Below are positions 25,671-39,750 of a DNA stretch of 64,000 nt, one piece after another; within the stretch, counting starts at the first letter, position 1, and each line of letters opens with the position of its first letter. Source of the stretch: Octopus vulgaris (taxonomy: Eukaryota); assembly GCA_951406725.2 (NCBI GenBank), contig OX597816.1, positions 143,654,001 to 143,718,000 of the forward strand, given 5' to 3'. Position numbers and translations under genes: made by a program. The notes under the pieces were generated by a model that saw nothing but the letters and a program-made list of their open reading frames with translations, was not told the origin of the DNA and did no database searches.

Positions 25671-27790
25671 TGCCTTTGCACAGCTTCTTACGCTGGAGAT
25701 GTCCTGCGGTGTCAGCTGTTCACTAACAGTGAACTAATGTAACATCCCTTATTTTTCGAGCACCTTCCGGATTATTCGAGCGCTTCCAAACAGTGCTGTT
25801 TTCTGTAATAAGGGTGGAGCAAGTGTCTTTGCTGTTAACTACCTGTCCCCTTCTCATGACTAATATTGTACATTTATCTATGCAAAATTCCATGTCCATA
25901 TCTTACAGTCTGTATTACAGAATCTATCTCTTTTTCATTCTTACTAAAAAGCTTCAGATCATCTATTTAGAGCAAATGGTTAATTTTTCCCCTCACTATT
26001 TCTGAACTGATGCCCTACCTTTGCCTTCTTTAATACTAAACTGAGGGGGGTCAAATATAAGATAAATATTAAAGGGGATAATGGGTCCCCCTGGAAAATA
26101 CCTCTTTTGATATTAACTTTCCCTCAGAGTGTGTCACTTGAGTAGAGACCTACTTTCCATTTCGTCATGCTAAAGCTAATTAATTCTCCTATGTTATACA
26201 GAACATACTCAAACAGTCACTTATCCATGAGTGTGGGATCATGTCATAGGCTTTCCTGTAGTCTAGTCATGCTATTGATCGATTTTTCTCTCTAGCCTTT
26301 ACTTCATTTAGAACTGCTTTGTCTATGTATAATAGATTATGCGCTCCTCTTGCCTTCTTCCTGCAACCTGTTTGTTCTTCTGGTAGTAAATTCTGGATGT
26401 CAAGGTACTCGTAAATGCTTTCTGAAAGCCTTCCTGTTAACAGCTTCTACACTAACGGTAAGCAAGTAATCGGTTTATAGTTGCTAGTTGTATTATCTTT
26501 GCTCTTATCTTTCATAATGAGTTCTCCTTCTAGTCATTAAATCTGGTATTATTCCTCCATTAAGGCAATCCTGAAGTTGTTCCCTCAGCCTCCCATGTAA
26601 ACTACTAAATTTCTTTAGCTGGTACCCTTGAACTAAATCTGGTCATGTGTCCTTCCAATTCGGCATTTTCCCTAACACTTTACTCATTAATACTCTAGTC
26701 TTAGATCTAGCTGCTTCTTACTCACAATTTCTTCCCTCACTTTCTTTAACTATACTGCATCTCCATTATGATTGCTTGGCTTATCCCAAATATTACACCA
26801 GAACTTCCTAGTTTCTTCTGCATTAGGTTTCCCATCTTCAGTACTTCGTTCTCCACTATTTATTTGGTTATAAAAGCTTTGGTTTGTCTCAAATAATCTA
26901 TTTTATTGATACTGATCTATTCTTTTCTTATATCTGAAGAACTTGCCTGCAGCTGCTATGATACACTCTTTCAACTCTTCTATTACTGTCCCAAATCCTT
27001 TCTCTTTCACTAAGTATCTTTTCCTAAGGGAAGATTTGCATCTTGTGTTTCCTATCTTGTTCAGTTTCCAGGCTTCTATTTTATTCAGATCTTGTCTTAA
27101 AGTTTTCACTTTTTTTGTAGTTTTCTTTTCCACATTTCCTCTTTTTAATGTTTCCTTGTGAAATATCTAATTTTCTAGTGACTACTGCCCTTCCTGCATA
27201 GATCAATAAGTTAGTGTCTCCTATATTTTTAGTATCTATCCTACTGATAACAGAATCTACTTTCCTAGTCATTTCTAGCAGCTTCCTTCTGTTGGTGCCT
27301 TTTAATGCTGGAAATCTTTTTCTTCTTTACTCATTACTTCCTGCAACTCATCCAAAAATCTTCTGATCTTCCCCACTTAAATCACTTAAGTCGCTGGTGC
27401 CAGTAGTCCCTTCCTTATTGGAAGCGTTATTATTTTTTCCTTTAGGTTCTTCTTTGATTTGAAGTGTATCTCTTACGTTGTTGCTTGTATTTCCTACTGC
27501 CTGGTCTTTCTTTTCCAGTTCTCTTGTGATCTCTTCTACCTCCAATTCTGTCATCCACTTTCTTCTCTTAATACCATTAGCTTGAGCTACTAATCTCTGC
27601 TCAGTCACTTTAAACATACCCAAAGTGTTAACATCCGTTAACATTTTGTTCTATAGCCCCTTCTTTTAGGTTCACTGTCTAAGTAGCACTGCATCACTAT
27701 CCTATTTTCTTCGCTGATCCACTTCCTCCCCCTTACTCTATTATTTGCTGATGCTGTCTTAGGATAGTAGCTGTGGTCAGTCTACATCTT
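25671..27790 (-). mobile_element. R4/Dong-like non-LTR retrotransposon B (N-terminus, RT and 3' tip; internal deletion), decayed
   Basis: TEQRLVAQANGIKRRKW, NLLIYAG, RGIFQGDPLSPLIF and DDLKLF, joined directly to the C-terminal LQKTALFGSARIIRKVLE. Confidence 0.82.
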
Positions 27791-28517
27791 TACTGAACCA
27801 CTGCCGAGCGAGAAGCCTTCCTTTAAAGGTCCAACTTGATTTTCGCTGTTACATTCAGAGTTTCTTCGGAAACTCCTATCTCTCATAAACTGAGGTAAGG
27901 TAACGTTTATCATCAACGTAATCACCACTGTTATTTTTCGACATCCGATAGTTTCAAGCAACTTTCTAATGCAGCATTTTTGTGGGGTGGGAGATATTGC
28001 ATTGTATCGGTATGTTTTGTTATGGGCTTTGGTTTGAGTCTTCTGTTGTGTTAGTTTTTGTATTGTGTGTTGTTTGTGCAGTGCAGGTTTTGTTCTTCTG
28101 TCGGGTATCGTTAATTTTGTTGGGTATTTTCGGTATGAGTTTATTCCTATATGCTTTTGCAGGACTGTTGCATAGTAGTGTGTGTAAATCATAAATCGAC
28201 TATTTCATAGTCTTTATGGTTATCTGTCCACCATTTATTTGGTTGGTGGACTCTTTGGTTGGTTTTTTTATGGGTTCGTTTTTGCAGCGTTTACTTTTTT
28301 AACTGAACACCACCCATGGAAAGTGTTGATGTTTCTTTCGTAGTTATAATTATTATTGATGTATCAGTGAGAGACCGAGAAAAAACAGCAATGTGCATAC
28401 ATATAAAGGTCTTGTATTAATATGGATGTATATGTAATTAAAATAAAAAAAATTAAAATTTTACTCACAGCTTTGAAGTTTTCGTATATAAATATCGCAG
28501 TGTTTACATTTTTACGG

Positions 28518-28518
<1 letters not shown>

Positions 28519-28548
<30 letters not shown>

Positions 28549-28649
28549 CTTCTTCTTCTTCTTCTTCTTCTTCTTCTTCTTCTTCTTCTTCTTCTTCTTC
28601 TTCTTCTTCTTCTTCTTCTTCTTCTTCTTCTTCTTCTTCTTCTTCTTCT
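28519..28649. repeat. (TTC)n microsatellite
   Basis: Direct inspection. Confidence 0.97.
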
Positions 28650-29222
28650 TGTATATCTTCCGATATACTGGAAGCAACAGAGTGCTTCCGGTATATCCGT
28701 TATATACTTTTATTGTTCGTATTATATACTCTAAAGTTTTAAACTTCTACGTCATACATCTACGATCTGGTCAATAGCCCTGTGTCAAATTCTAATTCGT
28801 AGACGTTTGACGTAATCGTTGGGTACTAAGTATACAGAAGTAGTAAGAAATTTTAGAGAGAGCTGAACTGTATAAAATTTTCAGAAAAAACTTGCTCATG
28901 ACTTTTTATAAGTGTTTCGATTCTTGACTCCGGACATTCTAAGTGGGCCGGACTGCACCAATTTCGTGATTCCTGCTTCGAATCTACATCCTCCGGTATG
29001 ATAAAGTGCCTGAAAGCTAAGTCACTTTTAGGGTGAATGTTGTAACTACGTAGCAGTGAGACACAATCTGTAAATAGGGAAAGCTATGCCTTCTGAAGTT
29101 CACTTTTGTACCTACTTCACCAGATCAAGTTAGAACTGTTTTCACTTACTTCTACTATTGTCTTTGGGTCTCTGACCTTCTTCCCTTCAAGACTGAGAAT
29201 ATCGTAATATATACAAGAAAGC

Positions 29223-30346
29223 ATACGAGGGTGGGGGTAACTGGTAGCAATAGCAGATATAACGTCGTCATCATTGTGATACTGGTTCCCAGTCAAGTGT
29301 TTTTTAATGTTGGGGAACAGATGATAGTCAGATGGGGCCAAATCAAGAGAATAGGGAATTTGATCAACCAGTTCAAAGCCACAGTCACGCACAACATCCA
29401 TTGAAACTAAGGACTTGTGTGCTGGAGCATTGTTCTGATGAAACAAAGCCCCTTTCGTCAAATTTCCTGGGTGTTTGGCTTTGATAGCGTTTCGTAACTG
29501 CCTCAGCAAGTTGGTATAGTACTTTTCATTGATGATGTAGCCCTTTTGAAGATAGTCAACTAATACAATGCCATTTGAGTCAATAAACACAATGACTTTT
29601 GCATCGCAAAGAAACTGAGACCATTACCTTCCTTTTAGATGTAACGTCCTTGGCCTTCTTTGGAGCAGCCGAGGAGTGGTGGTTCCCTGCATAGATTGTC
29701 TCTTTGTCTTTAGTTCAAAGTGACGAAGCCAACACTCATCATGATTTAGGAAACGTTTTAGGAAACCAGTTAGATCCGCCTTAATCAGTGTCAGATTTTC
29801 TCGTGATGTGATCAGCCTGGTGCACTTTTGATCGGGTGTCAGTAGAGTGACACACACCGAGCAGAAATCTTCGTCCTGACAAATTCATTGCGCAAAATAT
29901 TTGATTTATAGTCAATCGCCTATCATCCATCAACATGTGGTGAATATGACCAACGTTTTCCTTGGTGGTGGCAGTTGCAGACTTTGGGTCATCTTCAAGA
30001 TTTCCTTCGCTTCCCTCCTAAACCCAGCTGGTCGCTTTTGCATTGTTGATAAAGCTGGAGCATCATCCCCTAATGTAGCAAGCATGTCACCATGAATGTT
30101 CTTGGCATCTAAACCCTTTTCCTGCAGGTACTTGATCACACCACGATGCCAAATTTTGTCCATTTTCAAGATAAGTCGCTACTAATTATTTTTGAAGTCT
30201 TCTTTGAACAGCTAGGTGTTAATTTACCTGGAAAGAAACTATGACGTTATTAGTAAGAAGGGTTGAAATAAATGCATGCAAAATTTCATAGCTTTAGCAT
30301 CATTTCTTCATAGTCAACCTACGAACCTTTCGGGCCATCTTCGTAT
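29223..30346 (-). mobile_element. Mariner transposon, near full length, pseudogenised
   Basis: MDKIWHRGVIKYLQEKG, NHDECW, FHQNNAPAH, PYSLDLAPSDYHLF. TIR remnants tacgagggtggg (29224) and gtcaacctacgaacc...cttcgta (30313-30345). Confidence 0.9.
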
Positions 30347-30541
30347 ATAAGCATGCTTTCATTTGTATGTTACGATATATGTGCATTTTAAATGACTATC
30401 ATGGCACTTCCGGTATGTAAATTCCGTGACGTCATTTGTACTGTCTTGAAAAAAAACTTTGATAAACAATAGTCGTAGATTCATTATTGCTGGATAAAAA
30501 AATGGATGGTCTGCTGATCAAGGATAACAAAACAACAACAA

Positions 30542-30573
<32 letters not shown>

Positions 30574-32440
30574 ACAACAACACAACAACAACAACAACAA
30601 CAACAACAAAAACAACAACAGCAGCAGCAGCAGCGGCAACAGCATGACACTAGCCCTGGCGGCTCTGCATCAAGTTGGCTCTGTAACATCGATCATTCTT
30701 TAAGATGTACCAGCTGACTGCAAGTTAAAGATATATTTTCGTCTGTTTTACAGTGCTGTCGCTCTTTGCAGTGAAGGGTGAGCAAATGTTCCAATTGGGA
30801 GGAGCTCACAATTTCGGGTGGACCTGCCAACCTTATAAAGAAAAGGAGCTGGCCCTTTCGTACGGACTATTTACTGTTAGATAGTTTGAGAGAGCGGTTT
30901 CTTTGACAAAGAATTACTTATATTTATATAAGTTGTTTTAGTTCTTTTATTCTGTTGTGCTTCTTATCCACTCTACATGTACCTGTATTTGCCCGTAACC
31001 CATATATAAATCATATGTGCTTAGCATTGGTTACTAAAATAGTAAATATACATTATGAAACGTGGCATACATTTCACATCCGGCATATGTTTATTGCCCG
31101 CTTTGAACAGGCCTGACTGTGGCTTTTTATTGCTTTGTGATTTGAGTCACGTTTAGAACATAACAAAATATATCACGTTTCACGCCTCAATCAGTGTACC
31201 ATTATGTGACCGCGCCCAGATTTACCTTAAATTATGGCACAACTGGAACAACTTTGATTAAAAGTCGGTTCAATCATGACTGATTTCACTGTAGGCAACA
31301 AGGGCATTATGGTAATTTCCATTTTCAAAACTTTTGCTTTGTCGATCGACCGGCTTGAAAAAGCAGCCTATTATCGATCAAATAATTTCCTATTATCCTT
31401 AGTAAAGTAAGGTTACGTTAATTAATAAATTCTTAGACATCCTCCTGAAAAGACGGTGTTATCATGATTGGAATGTCTTTGATCATGGGTTTGCCAATCC
31501 AGGGTTGATCTGGAGCTAAGCTACAACAATAACAACATCACGAGTCAAGTCACTTCCAATCACAACCTACTGTCTTAAGTATGAAAATGACGAATTAAAT
31601 AATAGAGTTCGACATGCCCCTAGAAAGACGGGATGGTCACAACCGGAATACCTTTTAGTATACTCAGAATTAGTTGACTTGGAGGTTATGCAATATTAAC
31701 GCCATTAACATTGTCTTCAAAACCTCATCAAACAATATCCTTTTACTTCAAAAACTTAGGATAATGTAGCCATAGAAACGTTATGTTTTTAAAAGAAGAA
31801 AAAAACAAGATGGTCATATTTAGAACACCTTTCAGCCCTTTCATCATTGATCTATTGAATTAGATTTGACTTAATCACTTTCACCATTATGACCGCCGAC
31901 GCCAACGCCACCAACACTTGTTCTGCTTTATTAATAGCCTGATTCACACGGACAGAGATCATCACAGGGTGTCTACATTGTTGTGACTATCCTTAGATCA
32001 TTGAGGATTAAGTATGTCACGGATACATGTATTAGTGGTAGGGGTAAGCTATTGGGCTATCAGCTTGAAGAGTCGGTGTAACAACCGATTCTTCAGTGGA
32101 AAGCCTGGTTGCTTATCGACTCGATATGTGGGCACACATATACATACTGCATATATGTATATGTATATGTATATGTATTTATATATATATATGTACAAAA
32201 AGGGTGAAATATAATTAATTGTATATTGGATACTATTACTCCCTCACAATAAATCTGCGAAACTTCGTTTCGTTGGTAATGTTTTGTAACTCACGTGGTA
32301 ATTTTGGAGGGAGATACGAATTCGCCTGTCTATATAAATGTAGAGATGCTAGCGGACGGTTAGATCGTTCGATGTCGCCTGATCGAGCTGGTGTAATGGG
32401 TGAGTTTGTTTTCCTAGCATTTCTAGATTTATAGGAAAAT

Positions 32441-32498
32441 ATTATATTGACAATGAAATGAACCTTCGGTTCTAATCCAGAAACAATTCGTCTATAAT
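32441..32498 (+). ncRNA. Hammerhead-like motif, U3-A8 core variant
   Basis: attata-TTGACAA-tgaa..gaacc(ttc)ggttc..tcca-GAAAC-aattc-GTC-tataat. Stem I is a perfect 6 bp. Confidence 0.6.
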
Positions 32499-32667
32499 TA
32501 ATCCAATAGGCTGGGATTTCGTTATTTTCTTTCTCTTTACCATATACGGGTTACAAATTCTGTTTGTTTGTAGAGACTTTTTTATTAGTAGGAGAAATAG
32601 TGATCTATTTGGCTGCTATTTCTAATATTTTCGGTATGTGGTTTTGAGCAACTTGTTGCAATTAACC

Positions 32668-32742
<75 letters not shown>

Positions 32743-32869
32743 GTGTGTGGGTGGGTGTGGGTGAGAGAGAGAGAGAGAGATGACAGAAGTAAATAGACAC
32801 CCTTATAATCATTAAGATTTCTTTAAATCTGAAAATATACATTCAAATTATTTATTAATTGTTATGTGA

Positions 32870-33990
32870 ATCCTTAATATTTTGTAGACATGCCCTTTAC
32901 ATTTTTCATTGCAAGGACCCTATTAGGCATGTTACTGATTAGATGACGAATATTCTATTGCGGAATTTCTTGCCAAGTTTCATCTCAATAGATCTGGCTT
33001 TGAAAATGTTTTCTTGTTCTTTTTATGAAGTGTCCTGTCGATTATGTCCCAGAAGTGTTCAATAGGGTTCATATCTATCTAGTCACTGGCTTGGCCATGG
33101 AAGCTTTTTAATGCCATTCTCATCCAACGAATCTTGGGTCATTTTAACCGTGTGACAGGGAGCCCCATCTTCCATAAATAAAGTCTTATTTAATCATTTC
33201 ATCACTGGAGAAGATTGGAAGGAGCCCTTTCTGCAAAATGGACACATATTTATCTGAGTTTATGTTTTCCTCACACTCCACTATCTCTAATCGACCATTG
33301 CTCCAAATTGCTCCCCAGACCATCACAGGATAGCTGTTGTGTTTCATTGTTTGCTGCAGTCTCTTTACATCAAATTCTTGATCACAGAGTCTTCAGACCC
33401 ACACTCGACCTTTGTCAGGAAATACAGCAAATCTGGACTTATCAAAGGATATGACAGTGTCCCAAAAAGCTAGTGGCTTCTCCACCATCTCACTAGCCCA
33501 ATCTTTTCTCTGCTTGATTTTGGCTGGTCGAAGAAGTGGCTTCCTTCTTGCTGCTCTGCTATAGTAACCAAGATTGGGAAGATGCCTGACAGCTGTTGTG
33601 GGACTGGCATCCACTTGTTCTGCTATGTCAGAGGCCTTGCAACGAAGATTATCCTCCATACTTCTCTTAGCAAAAAGAAGGATCCCGTCAGAGGGCCCGG
33701 GTTGATCTAAGTGAAGTGATGTGGATTCCTTTCTCTCTCTGGTGAATTGCACAATCACTCAATTAACTGCAGAGAGCGGGATTCCAAGGTTTTCTGTGAC
33801 TTTATGCTATGTCTACCTTCAGAATGACCCACAATGCGGCCTCTTTGAAATTCAGACAGTACATGGTATAATTAAACAGTCACATATAGAACCTGAAACA
33901 TAAAAATGTCAATTAATAAAAAATATAAACCCTTACATGTTAGAATAAACATGAAACGATGTTTTATGGGGTGCTTATTTACTTCTGTCT
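32870..33990 (-). mobile_element. Tc1-like transposon relic
   Basis: LGYYSRAARRKPLLRP..KQRKDWA, ISFDKSRF, MVWGAI, FMEDGAPCHT, WP--SPDRYEPY-NTSG. Confidence 0.85.
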
Positions 33991-34001
33991 TGTGTGTGTG
34001 C

Positions 34002-34058
<57 letters not shown>

Positions 34059-34119
34059 AAAACGGTTATATTCTTCCCCATGCAACTTAAAGTTTCGTAG
34101 GCTCGTTACAGGAACTTAG

Positions 34120-34265
34120 CTCGTCGGCGCGTTGTCCAGTGGTTAGAGTGCTGCACTCACGATCGTGAGATCGTGGTTTCAATTCCCGGACCAGGTAGTG
34201 CGTCGTGTTCTTGAGCAAAAACACTTCGTCACGCGTTGCTCTGCGATCACTTCGACATCTGACAA
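34120..34265 (+). mobile_element. tRNA-derived SINE 5' fragment
   Basis: GTCCAGTGGTTAGAG...GTTTCAATTCC, then 'gtgttcttgagcaaaaacac' shared with the SINE at 8966. Confidence 0.7.
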
Positions 34266-34391
34266 GGTCGATTTGAGCTAACGTACAGCACATACATTTG
34301 ACCACAATAAGTAAAAAAAAAACAACCCATTTGTGTAGATAGTTCAGCAAAAGCTGAGTACTCATACGTCGTCTTCGACGGGAGATTCCAT

Positions 34392-34745
34392 CTCATATAA
34401 AAGATTAAAGATCCTCCACTCCTTCGGTCACGAATGACCATGGGATTGCACCTAGATTCTTCCCCTCCGTGGCACAAGTCCGGGCAAAGGTTGTTTGCGA
34501 AGATCAGCAGTCGCCCATGCATACCCTGCATACCAACAACCCATCTCCACGTCACCGATGTTATCTAAGGGAAAGGCAAAGGCCGATACAGCTTGGCACC
34601 AGTGACACCGCAACTCATTTCTACAGCTGAGTGAACTGGAGCAACGTGTTTTGCTCAAGAACACAACACACTGCCCAGTCCGGGAATCGAACTTACAACT
34701 TTAAGATTGTAAGCCCGTCGCTCTGCCCACTGAGGCATGCGCCTA
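34392..34745 (-). mobile_element. tRNA-derived SINE (family of 8966-9303)
   Basis: Reverse complement shares 'gccaagctgtatcggcctttgcctttcccttg' and the tRNA head. Confidence 0.8.
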
Positions 34746-34984
34746 TATATTTAGTATTAATTGTCAGAAAAACAGTACTCAGTACTATGGGAGAGATTAA
34801 TGATATTTTAGTTTGGTCGAGTTAATCTCTTGGTACTCTGAGTTTCAGCTGTAGGTGCACAGTATCTTCAGGCAAGTTCTGAGTCACAGCTTGCCTGACA
34901 TGGTGAAGTGTAGTGGAATAAAACTTATTCAAAATGGCTCACTCACACCCTGAAATAATTCATTTTAATTAGTTTAGCATGAAG

Positions 34985-35240
34985 TAACGGGGCTGTGCTC
35001 AAGGTCTTTGCAGGTCCCCTGAGACCGGTGAGATTGAGGCTATTAACATTCCGCTTGAACTCTTGCAAACTGACAGCTGCAGAAACAAAATCACACGTGC
35101 AGGGATGGAATTTCTTGTGGGTAGATGTTCTGGTTTGGAAGGAGTGGGTGTGGGGTTTAGTGCATCCCTGAAGCTGTGACGAAAGTAAGGTGGACGAGTG
35201 AGTAGGGAGTGCCTTGCAAGAGACCAGCTTCCGCACAATT
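34985..35240 (-). mobile_element. CR1-like LINE 3' end fragment
   Basis: HSFQTRTS..NSIPA..SLQEFKRNVNSL resembles a CR1/L2 ORF2 C-terminus. Confidence 0.55.
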
Positions 35241-36329
35241 TCTGTCGATAAAATTCCATTCACCAAGCCTTAATCGATCAGAGGCTATGGTTGCTGACTG
35301 GTTTCAATTATTGGTGTTTGGCTTCTAGGGTACAGTCGATCACATCAGCCCGAATGTATAGACTGGTATATATATTTTAGGCCACCTAAGAAAGAAAGGC
35401 AGAGTGGCCTTGGATGGAATTTGAACTTAGAAAACAAAAGGATGTAACCAATTATCACAAAATATAGCATATACACAAACACAGGCATACATACATACAA
35501 GCATATATGCATACATGCAATACATACATACATACATACATACATACATACATACATACATAAATACATACATACATACATACATACATACATACATACA
35601 TACATACATACATACATACATACATACATACATGTAGAGAATGCTATTATTTTCGAGATACGCTTTAGGATACGATGACAGAGCAACACTCGAATTTCGT
35701 AGAATTATCTCGAATTGCGGGTATCCATATCATTTATTATACTTCTTTTATCTACAGCAATGATGTTATCTCGCTATCTGTCTTTCTTTCCATCTGTCTG
35801 TTACCCCCCCTCTCTCTCTCTCTCTGTTACATACATTCTCTCTGTCTCATTCGCTCACAAATTACGCACACGCGCACATAAAAGCACACATACATACGTA
35901 TGAATATTTACATAAATACCAGCATTAATTTTACCACCTAATCTCCAGCAGTGAATTACACACACATACACTCTCTTTCTCTCGCCTTCTCCCCCTCTCT
36001 TTCTCTCTCTCACTCACATGCACATACATGTTTATATATGAAATGCATCCTCTGTTGGATTTCGAGATGAATATTCAATTAATAATCTGTACCATCTCTT
36101 TGAGAAATTGATTACGTCTTCTATAGTTCTCTTAAAGCTATGGCAAACACTAGTATACTGAGGGTGCTGCTGTACTTCGTCTCCGGATGCTGGAATCAAC
36201 GACTCATCAAGTGGGGAAGCAGCTGTGTAGGTGCTTCGTTCCATTCCGCCGCGTCACTAGAGCTACTCGGGGGTCAACCACCGATGTAGGTGACAAAACT
36301 CCTACACAACAACACGAGCATTATTGACT

Positions 36330-36900
36330 CAGGACTAAATGTTTCTACCATCAGTAATGCTTGTTTTTGCTGCGCCACTCTTCCCTTCTCTTAAGTCAAA
36401 TATAATGGTCTACTTTCTCAGTGGCTTCCGTCAATTTTCTAACATGGTTTCTCTCCTTCACAGCCAGCCTAAGTCTTCTGAAAATCTTCCAACAGTTATC
36501 TACACAAGAAAGCATATTGTACCCCAACCACTGTTTTCACAAAGTTTAACCAACTCACTGTATTTTCTGTCTTTCCCGAGAAAAGCATTTTCGATGTTCG
36601 TTTCTCAAGGAACTGCCAGCTTTCGGGATAACCCTGGGAAAAATTAATAATTTCTGGTTTCTTGTTAGTTTTCTCTCTGTCTGTTCGAAATCATGAAATT
36701 GCAAATATTGCATCACCATTTTGTACTGTTGTGTCATCATCGTTGGGCGTAACAATTGGTCAGCATAGATGTTGCTCAAGTTGAGAGAGTTTGAAACATA
36801 TGCGACAAGAATTTTTCTTTCAAGAAATTTTTCCTCAACTTTGACTCAATTGTAGCTGAGGTTGCTAATAAAATATCTGGAAAATTTTTGCTGTTTAACA
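36330..36900 (-). pseudogene. Possible piggyBac-like transposase relic
   Basis: LRPTMMTQQYKMVMQYLQFHDFE resembles the PGBD 'FR-TM---RF--I---LRFDD' segment. Very degraded. Confidence 0.35.
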
Positions 36901-37630
36901 AAATAAAAATGTTTAAAGTGGGCAAAATGAGTATTGACTAATTTCAATAATCTCTTCTCTTTAACGGCATGATGCGTAGATGTATCAGGAAGAGAGCCAC
37001 TCCAACATTTCGTGAAGAAGCTATAGAGAATATTTTATGTTGAATCTTTACATTTAGTCGAGTTTCAGTAATTTCATGTCATGTGACATTTTCCCATGAT
37101 CCCTTTTCCAAGATATTTAAAATTTCTTTTGCATTTTTGATCTTTCTCATGTCAAGGGATGGATATTGGTGTGAATGAGTCACTTTCTAAAATTGTCTTT
37201 TATATACTCAAAGAGAACGGAGAAAATTTTCTGTTATAGTGTTTTTAACGCATGTAGAGAAAATAATTTGCTTAGCTGATATAAAAGGTTTTTGTAAGGT
37301 AGGGAACATTTGTAAAAAATGCAGTGAATATTACTCATTGTGCTGCACCCTTATACAAATATTAATTCTTATCCTGGTACTTATTTTTTCCTATTGTGCA
37401 GCTTTCCCCAAACTGTATTGAAATGTTCAGAATTGTTGTACTTCGGGATGATCTTTTCGTTTTTGTCAAATAAACACACGTACTATATATTCACTCGTTT
37501 ATTAATGTTCTTATTCTAACTCATGTACATTGTCCGGAAATCTTTTGTCACACATCTGTAACTTTTCAGCGACACTTGCTGTCTTCGTGTGTGCTCTTGC
37601 TCTGCTTGTTCCATTCTTATATAAGTATCT

Positions 37631-37853
37631 TTCTCTTTTACTCTTTTACTTTTACTTGTTTCAGTCATTTGACTGCGGCCATGCTGGAGCACCGCCTTTA
37701 GTCAAGCAAATCGACCCCGGGACTTATTCTTTGTAAGCCCAGTACTTATTCTATCGGTCTCTTAGGCCGAACCGCTAAGTGACGGGGACGTAAACACCCC
37801 AGCATCGGTTGTGAAGCAATGCTAGAGGGACAAACACAGACACACAAACATAA

Positions 37854-37886
<33 letters not shown>

Positions 37887-38058
37887 CATATATACGACAG
37901 GCTTCTTTCAGTTTCCGTCTACCAAATCCACTCACAAGGCTTTGGTCGGCCCGAGGCTATAGTAGAAGACACTTGCCCAAGATGCCACGCAGTGGGACTG
38001 AACCCGGAACCATGAGGTTGGTTAGCAAGCTACTTACCACACAGCCACTCTTGCGCCA
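37631..38058 (-). mobile_element. tRNA-derived SINE with internal microsatellite
   Basis: Reverse complement of the family at 62231-62625 (gttccgggttcagtcccactgcgtggca..ttgggcaagtgtcttctactatagcc). Confidence 0.9.
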
Positions 38059-38744
38059 TATCTGAGTATTCCACAGACACTTGTACCCTTAAAACAACCT
38101 TTTGATAGAATCCGTGTGAAACAGTATATGTGACAAGGGCGGTCATTTGAATTATGGGTGGATTTGATGGGCTTCTCTTTAGTTTCTGGCTATGGATCAA
38201 CCTGGTTATTGTAAAACAATTGGGTCAGCTCGAGGTTATGGTAAAATATATTTACTTCAGGTACCAAGCAATAGGATCGAACTTGGGAACTTCGTCATTG
38301 CGATGTAAACGTTTCAACTACTTGCCCATCTAGATATCTTTAAAATGACTAGCTGACCCAGGCGAGAATGCTATCGATCTGATTGATTTGGAATACTGTA
38401 GGGTTAAACAACAGCAACAACATCGACGACCATCACACTATACTACTGCGTTACGCAATTGATATACCCATCCATACACCACCACATTAAACCAGTACCA
38501 TACTAACATCAACTCCTCATATATGACATATAACAGTACACTACTCCATTCACCGAATAGCAGGTTATCACATCACTGTAGGAATAACAGTACGAGTGAA
38601 CGGAGGAGCCTTTATGCAGCCGCTTGATTTCTTACTATGGCACAATAATAAAAATGCTTGTAACCTCTATATACCTCTGCTCGACCAAGGCTGACCTGCG
38701 CTAAATATCCTCCCCCCTCCTCCTCCTCCTCCTCCTCCTCCTCC

Positions 38745-38779
<35 letters not shown>

Positions 38780-39373
38780 GTCATCATCAGGAACAACAGC
38801 AGCAGCAGCAACAACAACAATGAGAATAATATGAAGTGGTAGATGCAATGACATGTTTATTTATGTATTTACACACTAGAACACTGACAAATTAGTGTTC
38901 GTTGGCTTGCGTTGTTATGGATTGATGTTTTTTGAGCAGAAACACTCCCTTTGCAGATAAGCTACATGAACCAAACAAAAGACACTCCAGAACTGTGAGC
39001 AATTGTGAGCTTCTAGTGTCATTGAAGAGAAAATAATTTCCTGTTTGGACTGTTTTTCAGTCATTATCTAGGATAGGTTAGGAGGTCTGATTGTCTTACT
39101 TCCTTTTGGACATTCAAGATATGGAAACAAACAACTTGAAATAGCTTGATGGCCAGTTGACGCTTGTTTAATACACAGTTTAAGATCGGTGTGTGTATGT
39201 GTGTAAGTGTGTATGTATGTATGTACGTATTTACGTACGTATGTATGTATGTACATAATTACGTATGTATGTATGTATGTATGTATGTATGTATGTATGT
39301 ATGTATGTATGTATGTGTTTGTATTTACGTATGTAAAACCCAAGTATATGTAAGTACGTACATATGTTTGTAC

Positions 39374-39419
<46 letters not shown>

Positions 39420-39709
39420 ATGCATCTGTTAATATTTCATTTTAAAAATATATTTATACGGAAGGCAAATACTTCCTGTCATTTTCAAAAGTTGATTTCT
39501 AACAAGTTATGAGTTACAGAACAGTAAGGCATTAAACAACATAACGCATTTGACAAATTGTCCTTCATTTAATTATATGGTCATCAACAGAAGGTATTCC
39601 TGGAAAATTCTGCAATAAAATTACTTCAAGTTGTTTGATTAGTGATTGTTTTCCGCTCAAAATCTATAAATATTCTATCAGTCATTCATATGTCTGCTGT
39701 ATAACTATA

Positions 39710-39750
39710 CTCTACTAATGAGATTCAATAGGATCGAAACATGCCCACAG
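39710..39750 (+). ncRNA. Degenerate minimal hammerhead relic
   Basis: ctcta-CTAATGA-gattc(aata)ggatc-GAAAC-at-GCC-cacag. G5A and U16.1C changes make it probably inactive. Confidence 0.4.
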
